DNA of 35,075 nucleotides from a candidate division WOR-3 bacterium (GCA_965648915.1 CBFGIV010000023.1:1-35075); one strand, 5' to 3'; shown: positions 8,404-18,233, counted from the stretch's first letter. Made by a program: numbers and translations. Notes: generated from the sequence alone by a model not told the origin.

Positions 8404-9675
8404 GTGTCATCTGATAAAGCAAAAGTTAATGTTAATGGTCTATCAATCAGAAAACCATCAGGTTTGAGGATTTCTCGTCTGTTTGTCGCCCTGCGCCATT
8501 ACAACTTCCGCCTCTTCTGGTTTGGCCAATTGATTTCATTGATTGGAACCTGGATGCAGAATGTGGCGCAGGGTTGGCTTGTATTACAGTTAACCAATTC
8601 ACCACTTCTTTTGGGTCTTGTTTCGGCCGCGGCGGCAACACCGATCTTACTATTTTCGCCGCTGGGAGGGGTAGTGGCTGACAAATTCAGCAAACGAAAA
8701 CTTATCATAATAACCCAGACCCTCGTGATGCTCCTGGCTTTCCTCTTATCCGCTTTGATTCTGACGGGTAAGATCCATTACTGGCAGATTCTGGTGATTG
8801 CCTTTTTTGCCGGGACAGTAATGGCACTGGATGCACCGAGCCGGCAGTCGTTCGTCGTCGAAATGGTCGGGAAGGAAGATCTCTTAAACGCGATTGCCTT
8901 AAATTCATCGATCTTCAATACCGCGCGTATCGTCGGGCCAGCCATTGCCGGTATCATCATCAGCACAGTCGGTATAGGGCTCTGTTATCTGATCAATGGT
9001 TTCAGTTTTATTCCGGTGATTATTGGACTCTTATTGATGAGAGGAAAATTTCTGCCCGTGGGCAGCGAAGGGGGTTCATTTCTTGAAGATCTTCACGCAG
9101 GAATAATTTATGTAAAGCAGGATCGAAGGATACTATCTTTTCTGACCCTTGTTGCCTCTTCAAGCATATTTGTTATGCCCTACCTTATGCTGATGCCGGT
9201 ATTTGCCCGTGATATATTAAGAGTGGGTGCCAGGGGGCTCGGAACATTACTGGCCGCAGCCGGAATTGGTGCCCTGGCCGGTGCCTTGACTCTTGCCTCA
9301 TTGGGAAATTTTAAGAAGAAAGGGCGTCTGGTCCTGGTCGGGACCGTTACCTTTACGACTGCCATCTTCTTTTTTACTATTTCGAGGAGTTTTGTTTTTT
9401 CGCTTCTTCTACTTATTGCGGCGGGCTGGGGTATGGTAACGCAGAATGCTTCTATAAATACACTGCTACAGACCACAGTCGCGGACTTTATCCGCGGTCG
9501 GGTGATGAGTCTTTATACATTTACTTTTATGGGTATGATGCCGATCGGTAGTCTCCTTGCCGGGATCATTGCCAACTATTTAGGTGCTGAATGGTCTTTA
9601 AGGATAGGGACAATATTGGTTGCGATTATACTCTATGCTATTTTCAGCCAGAGGAAAGAAATTTTTGATTTTTAA
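8404..9675 (+). CDS. MFS transporter (MFS_3 / DHA3-like)
   Basis: NFRLFWFGQLISLIGTWMQ, GGVVADKFSKRK motif A, D-x-P-x-RQS, RGRVMS; about 12 TM segments. Confidence 0.92.
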   Translation: MSSDKAKVNVNGLSIRKPSGLRISRLFVALRHYNFRLFWFGQLISLIGTWMQNVAQGWLVLQLTNSPLLLGLVSAAAATPILLFSPLGGVVADKFSKRKLIIITQTLVMLLAFLLSALILTGKIHYWQILVIAFFAGTVMALDAPSRQSFVVEMVGKEDLLNAIALNSSIFNTARIVGPAIAGIIISTVGIGLCYLINGFSFIPVIIGLLLMRGKFLPVGSEGGSFLEDLHAGIIYVKQDRRILSFLTLVASSSIFVMPYLMLMPVFARDILRVGARGLGTLLAAAGIGALAGALTLASLGNFKKKGRLVLVGTVTFTTAIFFFTISRSFVFSLLLLIAAGWGMVTQNASINTLLQTTVADFIRGRVMSLYTFTFMGMMPIGSLLAGIIANYLGAEWSLRIGTILVAIILYAIFSQRKEIFDF

Positions 9676-9694
9676 AAATAAGTAATTTTCCTTA

Positions 9695-9722
9695 TTGACA
9701 ATTTTATGACCGTGTGTATAAT
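9695..9722 (+). promoter_or_regulatory. sigma70-type promoter with extended -10
   Basis: TTGACA(9695-9700)-N16-TATAAT(9717-9722), TG-rich just upstream of -10; AAGGAGG RBS before ATG9787. Confidence 0.8.
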
Positions 9723-9786
9723 GGAGATAATCGATTTAAGTTAATTTTTGGTCAAAATTGGGTAGATTTACAACAAGGAGGATTTC

Positions 9787-11412
9787 ATGCATTTCATTTT
9801 TATTATTTCCTTACTCGTGGGAGATTTTGGTCGGACATCATCACTGATTGATATTCCCTGCCCGCCCCGGTATGGTCAGGGGGTTTTTGGGCTCTCGATC
9901 AGTTCGACCTTTGCTACCCGCCGTAACACCAGCCATTCCAATGACTTAGATATCAATCTGAAATATGGATTATTAGGTAAGGCCGAAGTAGCGGTCTCTG
10001 CCTATACAACAAAAAATTATACCGCGAGTTTCTCATATCTTTTGAAACCTGAAAAGAAGTCAGCGCCAGGGATTTTTTTCGGTGTTGATGATATAACCTA
10101 CACTAAAGAGGTGTCATCAACCGGTGGAACGGGCACGGGTTTTTCCGATGATTCGATGTATTATAAGTATGGTGGCCGCAATCCTGAGGTCTTTTCCTTA
10201 TATTTTGCCGGTTTTAAGAAGTATAGTCCCTTTAACTTTATTTTTGGTTTAGGCCGGGGTCGATTTGTTGGTTATGGTCCACGCAGTCGTTTTTTTAATA
10301 CCGATTATTATTTCCGCAGTGTCGGTCCAGAGTCAGTTGGGCCAAGTATTGTGGCCCTTGGCCTCTTTATGGGAGCGAGTATTGACCTTATGCCTTCTCT
10401 CGCCGTGATGTGGGAATTTGATGGCCGGGACGGTAATGTCGGATTGAGATACCGTCATAAATATTTTGACCTTAATGTCGGTTTTTCTAAACTTGAGCAG
10501 ATCGGGATGGACCCTATCTATTCACCGCGTTACTCTCTCGCATTCGAGTTCAATAATAGTTTTATCTTCGAAGCACCAAAGACCGGTATCCTTGCCTGTG
10601 TTGTGCTTGACGCTCAAAACAGAAATCCTGTATCGGATGTGGTTATTTCCATATCTGAGACGGGCAAGCGTTTTCGTTCGGCCCGTAACTCTTTTGAACT
10701 GACAATGCCCAAAGGAAAATATACACTGAAAATAGAAAAGAATGGTTACAATCCTCAGATCAAGATTGTTCAGGTCGTGCCTAATGTCAAGACCAGGACA
10801 GAGTTTTTATTAACCAAGACTGCAGAAGCAATGCGCATTGAAGCTGAGAAATTGGCGCGCCAGGAGGAGGTGCAGAAATTGCTCAAGACTGGACTTGACT
10901 ATGTTTCCAGTGACAGTCTGATTGCTGCCCGCACTGTTTTTGAAAATATCCTGAAGATTGATTCTACACATGCTCAGGCAAAATCCTATCTTGCTTTTGT
11001 TAATACCCGAATTCAGGATGCTATCGTAATGTATATGAGACAGGCCGAGGCCTATGTCCGACAGGGTAATATTGCACAGGCAATCAGTTCATACCAGAAG
11101 GTGTTGGGGCTTGATCCCAATAATCAGGTTGCCATAACTCAGATTGCTGATCTTCAATCGAGGGTAAGTGTTGTGAAGAAACCGACCCCGCCTCCGAAGA
11201 AACCGACCCCGCCTCCGAAAAAGCCAGCACCACCATCGAGTCAGGAGATTGAAGATCTTTACAAGAAAGGCATATCCCTTTTTGCTCAGGAAAAATATGA
11301 TGATGCTTTAAAGACATTTAAGAAGATTCTGGCGCTCAATCCCAACCACACCGGAGCAAAAAATTATCTGCGGAAGACTGAAGCCAGACTTAAAGCCCTG
11401 AGAGGAGGATAG
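9787..11412 (+). CDS. Putative outer-membrane protein: YjbH-like beta-barrel, carboxypeptidase-regulatory/PEGA-like domain and TPR repeats with Pro/Lys linker
   Basis: N-terminal hydrophobic leader, alternating beta-strands (EFDGRDGNVGLRY), GKYTLKIEKNGY, TPRs (AISSYQKVLGLDPNN; ALKTFKKILALNPNH). Confidence 0.65.
   Translation: MHFIFIISLLVGDFGRTSSLIDIPCPPRYGQGVFGLSISSTFATRRNTSHSNDLDINLKYGLLGKAEVAVSAYTTKNYTASFSYLLKPEKKSAPGIFFGVDDITYTKEVSSTGGTGTGFSDDSMYYKYGGRNPEVFSLYFAGFKKYSPFNFIFGLGRGRFVGYGPRSRFFNTDYYFRSVGPESVGPSIVALGLFMGASIDLMPSLAVMWEFDGRDGNVGLRYRHKYFDLNVGFSKLEQIGMDPIYSPRYSLAFEFNNSFIFEAPKTGILACVVLDAQNRNPVSDVVISISETGKRFRSARNSFELTMPKGKYTLKIEKNGYNPQIKIVQVVPNVKTRTEFLLTKTAEAMRIEAEKLARQEEVQKLLKTGLDYVSSDSLIAARTVFENILKIDSTHAQAKSYLAFVNTRIQDAIVMYMRQAEAYVRQGNIAQAISSYQKVLGLDPNNQVAITQIADLQSRVSVVKKPTPPPKKPTPPPKKPAPPSSQEIEDLYKKGISLFAQEKYDDALKTFKKILALNPNHTGAKNYLRKTEARLKALRGG
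11176..11238 (+). repeat. 21-bp tandem repeat encoding KKPTPPP
   Basis: AAGAAACCGACCCCGCCTCCG exact x2 (11176-11217) plus a degenerate third copy. Confidence 0.9.
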
Positions 11413-11470
11413 AGGGCTTAAAGGCAAGCCAATTAAAAAGAAATAGTTAATTAGTAAAGTCATCAAGGCA

Positions 11471-11965
11471 ATGCAATGGTTTGCTGTATATACATTGAAT
11501 CGTCATGAGCGAAGGGTTGAGCAGCAACTCAGGTCTATTGGTGTTGATACTTTTTTACCCGAGATTAATGTCGTCAGTGGACGCTGGGATCGCCACAAAA
11601 TAATTCAGAAACCATTATTTCCTGGCTATCTCTTTGTTAATATCATACCTGAACCCCAGGCATTTTTAAAGATTTTAAAAAGGCCAAGTGTCTGCTATAT
11701 ACTGGGGATTAATGGCCAACCGATACCAATACCTTCTGAAGAGATTGAATCGATTAAAATCCTTCTGGCCAACAATCGAGATCTCTGCCATTATCCTTTC
11801 TTAAAAAAGGGTGATCGGGTACGAGTAGTTTCTGGGGCATTAAAAGGAGCAGTGGGATTCCTCATCAGTAATACCTCTAAGAAAAGACGGCTGGTCGTTT
11901 CCATTGAATTGATGCGCCGGAGTGTTGTTGCTGAACTCTTTGAAGAAGAGGTTGAACCATACTGA
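11471..11965 (+). CDS. UpxY/RfaH/LoaP-type NusG-paralog transcription antiterminator
   Basis: WFAVYT...HERRV, PLFPGYLFV NGN motif, KOW KGDRVRVVSGALKG, RLVVSIELM. Confidence 0.9.
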   Translation: MQWFAVYTLNRHERRVEQQLRSIGVDTFLPEINVVSGRWDRHKIIQKPLFPGYLFVNIIPEPQAFLKILKRPSVCYILGINGQPIPIPSEEIESIKILLANNRDLCHYPFLKKGDRVRVVSGALKGAVGFLISNTSKKRRLVVSIELMRRSVVAELFEEEVEPY

Positions 11966-11988
11966 AAAGAAGGCCGGGTGTTAAACTG

Positions 11989-12016
11989 TTGACTGCCTAA
12001 TAGATCTGACTATAAT
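11989..12016 (+). promoter_or_regulatory. sigma70-type promoter, probably leaderless
   Basis: TTGACT(11989-11994)-N16-TATAAT(12011-12016), 6 nt before GTG12023. Confidence 0.75.
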
Positions 12017-12022
12017 GTTGGT

Positions 12023-13333
12023 GTGATATATTTCAGAACGGCTGGTCTTATTCTTTTTTCGATCCTGATCTTAGATTGCGGAACATCAGTTTCAATTCCG
12101 GCTCAATTCTGGTCGCTTAATGAATCAGAAAAGGATTACTATTTTGGTTTATTAGCGATAGATTCTGCCCTGGCACGTAAATATCTGAACCTCGAAGACC
12201 ATCGCGATCGGCAGAGATTGCTTACCGAATACGGGACAGGTGGTAAACTCGATCTCGATAACTTTCGCGAAAGAATCCATCAGGCAAAGAAAAACTTTGG
12301 TAAGAATGGTATTATCAATGATGATCGGGCGAAACTCTGGATTCGGTATGGTCCACCCGGTGAGCGGGTTATTGTCGAAGGAAAGAGAAGGCGTATCTCA
12401 GCAAATGCAGTACTTGAGATTCGGCCGGTTGAAGTCTGGACCTACCGAAATATGAGTAAAGAATTTGACCTGGTCCGGACAGCGGGTGGGAACTATAAGT
12501 TGGTGGCCACAACCCGATTCGGTGATAGCGCCGAGGTGGCTTGGCTGGAAGATAGTGAAGATTTAAAAATCATAAATGGCAGCCTTAAACCGGTGGCGTC
12601 TCCATCTGTTGAAGTATCCATCGGCCGTTTCCGTCAAAAGAAGGGAATGACCCGGGTTGAGTTTTATCTCGGTGTGGAACTGCCGGATACGGCGGCAACT
12701 CTTTTAATAAAAGAAATTAACATCTATGATGAGCACCGAGTCAGGGTCGATTCAATCTATTCACGACTTGTCCCCCGGGGGGCTAAATCAGGTTTCTTCG
12801 TTGATCAGATCAATGTCTTGCTTATTCCCCGGGTGTATGATGTTGAGATTGCATTAACTGCGTTGCCTGGTGGAGAAAGGATGGTAAAAAAGTTAAAAAT
12901 CGATCTGCTTGAATATGCCGATGATCGCAAAATGGTGAGCGATTTAGTAAAGGCAAGCTTGATCGACGATGGCTGGACTGCAGTCAAATTTGCTAAGCCA
13001 TCAAAAACGAGGCTGATCCCATTACCGCTAAGAGCAACTTCAGTGGCGCAACCGATCTTTTTTTATCATGAAGTCTACAATCTTGGCCTTAATGAAGAAG
13101 GTAATCACCGCATAAAAACAAAGTACCGGATCGTCGAGAAGATTTCAAAAAAGGAGCAATTGGTCGATTTTGTCGAAAAGATTGAAGAGGATATAGGAAC
13201 GACCGCCTATGTAGCCGTGAAGTATCATCCAATGAATCTACCACCAGGTCAGTATCTTGTTGTGGCGGAAACGCAGGATCTTATTTTAGGCCAAACGTTT
13301 TACTCAATGCTCGAATTCGCCTTAAAGGATTGA
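12023..13333 (+). CDS. GWxTD-domain-like exported protein with C-terminal Ig-like domain
   Basis: FRERIHQAKKNF...DDRAKLWIRYGPP...EVWTY matches the GWxTD family core; hydrophobic N-terminus ending in ILDC; LPPGQYLV tail. Confidence 0.7.
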   Translation: MIYFRTAGLILFSILILDCGTSVSIPAQFWSLNESEKDYYFGLLAIDSALARKYLNLEDHRDRQRLLTEYGTGGKLDLDNFRERIHQAKKNFGKNGIINDDRAKLWIRYGPPGERVIVEGKRRRISANAVLEIRPVEVWTYRNMSKEFDLVRTAGGNYKLVATTRFGDSAEVAWLEDSEDLKIINGSLKPVASPSVEVSIGRFRQKKGMTRVEFYLGVELPDTAATLLIKEINIYDEHRVRVDSIYSRLVPRGAKSGFFVDQINVLLIPRVYDVEIALTALPGGERMVKKLKIDLLEYADDRKMVSDLVKASLIDDGWTAVKFAKPSKTRLIPLPLRATSVAQPIFFYHEVYNLGLNEEGNHRIKTKYRIVEKISKKEQLVDFVEKIEEDIGTTAYVAVKYHPMNLPPGQYLVVAETQDLILGQTFYSMLEFALKD

Positions 13334-13394
13334 GATTGCAGGAATATTTTGAAGTCTCTCTTGTAAAATTATAATAAAAATCAAGGAGGTTTTA

Positions 13395-16300
13395 ATGTCT
13401 TTTTTGCGTTTAGCGATTATTCTCTTTTCTACAGGCGTAACCCTGCTTCGCGCTGGAGGAATTGGTATTGTAAGCGAAGGTGTAAAGGGGTTACTCTACG
13501 GCAAAATACTTAAGATTGAGGTCCCTTATGAAGCATCTGAAGATGGCTTGGTTCACGTAAATATTAGGGTGCTCAGCCCGAATGATAGTGCTGTGGGAGG
13601 CCCATTGGTGAAAGAAGAAAAGGTAAAAAAAGGAAAGAACTTTTTAAGATTTGATATCCTATATCCGGGCCAACCAGATGATATATATCTTAATCGCCTG
13701 GCAGTCAGGATTGACGATTATCGAGCGACCTTTGCCCTGTCCGAAATTATGGATTTTCTTGAGGTCCGGATATTGGGCAGTGATGAATTCATCGCGGGTT
13801 CAAAGGGTAGTTTGAGAATATTGATTCTGAACCACCGTCAGTCTCTGCCGGTTGCTAATGCGCTCGTTCGGCTCACATTGATAAAGGATCAGATGAAGCG
13901 GATTCTCTATTCGGGAAGGACTGATCAGAATGGGACCTTAAATTTATCCTTTACCGTTCCCAGAAATTTTGAAGGCAATGCAACCATGGAGATTGTAGTG
14001 GATTCTAAACTCGGTTCGAAAAGAATTGAAGAATCGATTAAGATTAAGAGCGGTTACACTGTCTATCTCACCACTGACAAGCCGATCTACCAGCCCGCCC
14101 AGATTATCCATATCCGGACTCTTTCTTTAGAAAGGCCGAATTTAACCCCGGTGGGAAAAAAGGAGATGTTGATTGAGATTGAAGATGCGAAGGGTAATAA
14201 GGTTTTTAAGAAGAGATTAATGACCGATCATTTTGGTGTTGCCTCAGTCGATTTTCAATTAGCGGATGAGGTTAACTTTGGCGACTACAAGATAACTGCA
14301 ACCCTAACAAACGAGATCACGGAGAAGGTGGTCCAGGTAAAGAGATATGTCCTGCCCAAGTTTGCAGTCAAATTCAGCACCGATAAAGATTTCTACCTGC
14401 CGGGCGAAAAGGTTAAAGGTAGAGTGAGTGCTGGCTATTTTTTTGGCAAACCAGTGGCATTCGGTAATGTTACCATATCAATCAAGAAATTCGATATTGG
14501 CTTTGATGAAGTGCAACGGATTACCGGTAAGACCGATAAAGACGGGAATTTTACCTTCGAGTATGATCTCCCTGGATATTTTACCGGTCTACCTTTTGAA
14601 CAGGGCAATGCCTTTATTCGTTTTGATCTTGAGATAACCGATGGGGCTGAACATACTGAGAAGAAATCTGAAACGAGAAGAGTGGTTAAGGATCCAATAC
14701 TTATCCAGACGGTTCTCGAAGGTAATATACTTAAACCCGGACTCAAAAATCGGCTTATAATTCTAACTACATATCCTGATGGCAAGCCCGCGCCGGGTTC
14801 GATTACAATCAAATATGGCAAGACGGTAAAGGTTGAAGAGACCGACCAGCACGGCTGGCTCGATTACGAATTTTTTGTTGAGAAGGAGAAGGTTGAGATC
14901 GATATCTCCGCAAAAGATGTGAAGGGTAATACCAGTAAGGTTAGGTGCCATTTTGCCGGTGAGATGCGAGATGGTATTGTCCTTCGAACTAATAAGCCAC
15001 TCTATAAGGTAGGGGAGAGTTGTTCATTAAGGGTATATGCGACTAAAAAGAAAGGCCGATGCTATCTTGATCTGATCCGGGATCATCAGACCATCCTGAC
15101 CCGTTCTTTCGAGATCGTCAATGGTGAAGGCGCTTATGATATGACACTTTCTAACGATCTCACTGGAACCTTATGGGTGCGGGCATATATGGTCACCTCC
15201 GGTTCAGATATAATAAAGGACACCCGGGTGATATTTGTTGATCCGGCAAATGATTTGAGAATCACAATCACACCCAATAAGGAGACATTCAAACCCGGTG
15301 AAGAAGGCTGGATAGACTTTCTTGTTCAGAACAAGGCGAATCTTCCGGTTGTTGCCTGTCTGGGTGTGGCGATAGTTGACGAAGCAGTTTTTGCCCTTTC
15401 TGAACTCAGACCCGGACTGGAAAAGATCTATTTTCTACTTGAAGAAGAGATAATGCATCCCCGCTACGAAATTCACGGTTTTGATCCACTCTTAGTGATT
15501 AAAGAACCGGGTCAGGCTGAGTTCCTTTTTGCCCAGGCCGAGCCAAAAAAAGAGTTTGGTCTGAATATCAATACCTATGATGATACAAGAGAGAAGATTG
15601 TCGAAGCCTATGGCCGCAGGATTTCTGATGATTACTATAAGATAAGTAATGCCCTTGGCCAATTCTATTCGAAACACAATCGTTACCCTAAGAAAGAGGA
15701 AGGTATAAAGGTTCTATTTGAAGAAGGTTTCTTGAAGAGAAGGGAACTACTCGACCCCTGGGGAACATCTTATGAGATTAAACTCGAAGACTGGGGTGGT
15801 TTTACGATGCTCTCATACGGTCCGGATAAGAAGAAAGGGACACCGGACGATCTGACACCTCAGATCTTCTGGGAACGAAGAGGATTTAGAGACGAAATTG
15901 ACGGCGCTAAAATGGTTATGCCGTTGCCAGCGATGGCGCCCCCGCAGGCCGAAGCAGTAGCCAGTGCTACCGAAACAACCGCTCGAAAAAAGCCTGGGGC
16001 CGAACCAAGGGTCAGGGAGTATTTTCCTGAAACCATGCTCTTTGAGCCGATGATAGTCACCACTGCTGATGGCCACGCAAAACTTTCACTCAAATGGCCC
16101 GACTCGATTACCCGCTGGCGTTTATCTCTGATGGCCTCTTCGCGCAAAGGTGAACTGGGCAGTAAAGATCAAGGGATGGTTGTCTTTCAGGATTTCTTCA
16201 TCGATATTGATCTCCCGGTTTCCCTGACCCGGGGTGACGAAGTCTCAATTCCGGTGGCAATCTATAACTACTTACCAAAACCCCAGAAGATTAAGCTGGT

Positions 16301-18101
16301 GCTTGAGGAATCCGATTGGTTTGATATCCTTGAAGAGGCAGAAATTGAAAGGACGCTCCAGAAGGATGAAGTATCGGTCGTCTATTTTCCGATCCGGGTC
16401 AAGAAGATCGGCTTCCATAAGATGACGGTCAGGGCCTATGGTAGTGTAATGTCGGATGCAATCGCCCGGACAGTGGAGGTAATTCCTGAAGGCAAGGAGA
16501 TGAGGTCAATAATCTCAGATCGTCTTGAAAAGAGTGTGACACGCACAGTGGAGATTCCGCCGACCGCAATAGCCGATGCATCCAATATTTATGTAAAGAT
16601 TTTTCCTGGAGTTTTCAGTCAGATTGTTGAGGGACTGGATAAGATGCTGGGGATGCCTTTTGGTTGTTTTGAGCAGACTTCATCTGTTACCTACCCTAAT
16701 ATCCTGATACTTGACTACTTACGCCAGACCAGACAGATTACACCGGATATCGAGATGAAGACTGAAGAGTATATCAGTATTGGTTACCAGCGCCTCCTTT
16801 CTTTTGAGGTAAAAGGTGGTGGTTTCTCCTGGTTTGGTGATGCGCCCGCAAATAAGATCCTCACCGCCTATGGCATAATGGAATTCAAGGATATGAGTAG
16901 GGTTTATGAGGTAGATGAACGGGTAATTGAAAGGACCAAGTCATGGCTATTATCCCAGCAGGAGAAGGATGGCTCCTGGAAGCCAGATTCCCATTATCTC
17001 CACGAAGAGTCCTGGGGAAGGATCCAGCATAATGAACTTCTTCCCACTGCTTATATTGCCTATGCACTGCAATCGGCGGGCATCAAAGACCCGGCAATCG
17101 ATCGGGCAATAGATTATCTTAAGAGGAATATTAAAATGGTGGATGATCCATATATTCTCGGTCTTTGTGCCAATGCCCTGGTCCTCTATAATCGGGATGA
17201 CCCGGTGACTCATCAGGTTTTCAAGAGACTTATCGAGATTAAACAGGAAGATAATGGAGCGGTCTTCTGGTCATCAAAGATTCCAACTTTCACCGATGCC
17301 CGGGGCAAATCGGCTGATATCGAGGCAACTGCCCTTATTGCCTACGCATTGATAAACTACAAGCGGTATAGTGATATAACAACAAAGGTTCTTACTTATA
17401 TCATTCGGGCCAAGGATCCAAATGGCGCCTGGTTTTCAACCCAGGGGACAATTCTGTCGCTCAAGGCACTACTGGCTGCACTGGGCGGGCTCAAAGAAGA
17501 GTCATCCTGTAATGTAATTGTCAAACTTAATGGAGAGAAGATTGAGACAATAAGGATTACGCCTGAGGATTTTGATGTGGTTCGATTGGTCGACTTAAAA
17601 GGGAAGATAAATAATACTAAGAATACTATCGAACTTTTAGTAGAAGGTGAAGGTGGTTTGCTTTATGAAATTGTCACACGCTATTACATCCCCTGGAAAT
17701 TGGTTGAGCCACCGGCCCGGCCATTACTTTCTATCGATTTGCAGTTTGATAAGACCCTGATGTCAAAAAACGACCTGGTAAAGTGTAATGTTCGAGTCAC
17801 AAATAATAAGCCCGGTGAAGCCCAGATGGTTATTGTTGATCTTGGTATCCCTCCGGGTTTTGAGGTTATTACCACTGACCTCGATGAAATTGTCGGTAAG
17901 GTAATCCAGAAGTATTCTCTGACACCGCGCCAGATTATTGTCTATTTTGATAAGATCTCGAGTGCGAAACCGGTCAGTTTTGCCTATCACTTAAAGGCAA
18001 AATTCCCATTAAAGGCAAAGACATTTACATCAAGAGTCTACGAATACTACAATCCCGATACCGGAGATCTGGTTGAACCCGTCGAGATGGTTGTGAAATA
18101 G
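13395..18101 (+). CDS. Alpha-2-macroglobulin / thioester-containing protein
   Basis: TDKPIYQP, YVLPKF, AIVDEAV, VREYFPET, PDSITRW, FQDFFIDIDLP, thioester GCFEQ (16662-16676), STQGT, VYEYYNP; AAGGAGG RBS. Confidence 0.95.
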   Translation: MSFLRLAIILFSTGVTLLRAGGIGIVSEGVKGLLYGKILKIEVPYEASEDGLVHVNIRVLSPNDSAVGGPLVKEEKVKKGKNFLRFDILYPGQPDDIYLNRLAVRIDDYRATFALSEIMDFLEVRILGSDEFIAGSKGSLRILILNHRQSLPVANALVRLTLIKDQMKRILYSGRTDQNGTLNLSFTVPRNFEGNATMEIVVDSKLGSKRIEESIKIKSGYTVYLTTDKPIYQPAQIIHIRTLSLERPNLTPVGKKEMLIEIEDAKGNKVFKKRLMTDHFGVASVDFQLADEVNFGDYKITATLTNEITEKVVQVKRYVLPKFAVKFSTDKDFYLPGEKVKGRVSAGYFFGKPVAFGNVTISIKKFDIGFDEVQRITGKTDKDGNFTFEYDLPGYFTGLPFEQGNAFIRFDLEITDGAEHTEKKSETRRVVKDPILIQTVLEGNILKPGLKNRLIILTTYPDGKPAPGSITIKYGKTVKVEETDQHGWLDYEFFVEKEKVEIDISAKDVKGNTSKVRCHFAGEMRDGIVLRTNKPLYKVGESCSLRVYATKKKGRCYLDLIRDHQTILTRSFEIVNGEGAYDMTLSNDLTGTLWVRAYMVTSGSDIIKDTRVIFVDPANDLRITITPNKETFKPGEEGWIDFLVQNKANLPVVACLGVAIVDEAVFALSELRPGLEKIYFLLEEEIMHPRYEIHGFDPLLVIKEPGQAEFLFAQAEPKKEFGLNINTYDDTREKIVEAYGRRISDDYYKISNALGQFYSKHNRYPKKEEGIKVLFEEGFLKRRELLDPWGTSYEIKLEDWGGFTMLSYGPDKKKGTPDDLTPQIFWERRGFRDEIDGAKMVMPLPAMAPPQAEAVASATETTARKKPGAEPRVREYFPETMLFEPMIVTTADGHAKLSLKWPDSITRWRLSLMASSRKGELGSKDQGMVVFQDFFIDIDLPVSLTRGDEVSIPVAIYNYLPKPQKIKLVLEESDWFDILEEAEIERTLQKDEVSVVYFPIRVKKIGFHKMTVRAYGSVMSDAIARTVEVIPEGKEMRSIISDRLEKSVTRTVEIPPTAIADASNIYVKIFPGVFSQIVEGLDKMLGMPFGCFEQTSSVTYPNILILDYLRQTRQITPDIEMKTEEYISIGYQRLLSFEVKGGGFSWFGDAPANKILTAYGIMEFKDMSRVYEVDERVIERTKSWLLSQQEKDGSWKPDSHYLHEESWGRIQHNELLPTAYIAYALQSAGIKDPAIDRAIDYLKRNIKMVDDPYILGLCANALVLYNRDDPVTHQVFKRLIEIKQEDNGAVFWSSKIPTFTDARGKSADIEATALIAYALINYKRYSDITTKVLTYIIRAKDPNGAWFSTQGTILSLKALLAALGGLKEESSCNVIVKLNGEKIETIRITPEDFDVVRLVDLKGKINNTKNTIELLVEGEGGLLYEIVTRYYIPWKLVEPPARPLLSIDLQFDKTLMSKNDLVKCNVRVTNNKPGEAQMVIVDLGIPPGFEVITTDLDEIVGKVIQKYSLTPRQIIVYFDKISSAKPVSFAYHLKAKFPLKAKTFTSRVYEYYNPDTGDLVEPVEMVVK

Positions 18102-18110
18102 TAAATATAC

Positions 18111-18138
18111 TTGCATTCTTCCCAAATATAATTATAAT
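18111..18138 (+). promoter_or_regulatory. Possible sigma70-type promoter
   Basis: TTGCAT(18111-18116)-N16-TATAAT(18133-18138). Confidence 0.5.
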
Positions 18139-18143
18139 CGCTA

Positions 18144-18161
18144 TGTATCGTTTCTGATACA
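18144..18161. promoter_or_regulatory. Palindromic operator / candidate enhancer (UAS)
   Basis: TGTATC-N6-GATACA perfect dyad, about 75-90 bp upstream of a -24/-12 element. Confidence 0.5.
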
Positions 18162-18233
18162 ATTGTTGTCGGTTGAGATACTTGACGATAACCTGTTCAA
18201 ATTCTCAACCTTTGCTAAATCAGAAGATAAAAC

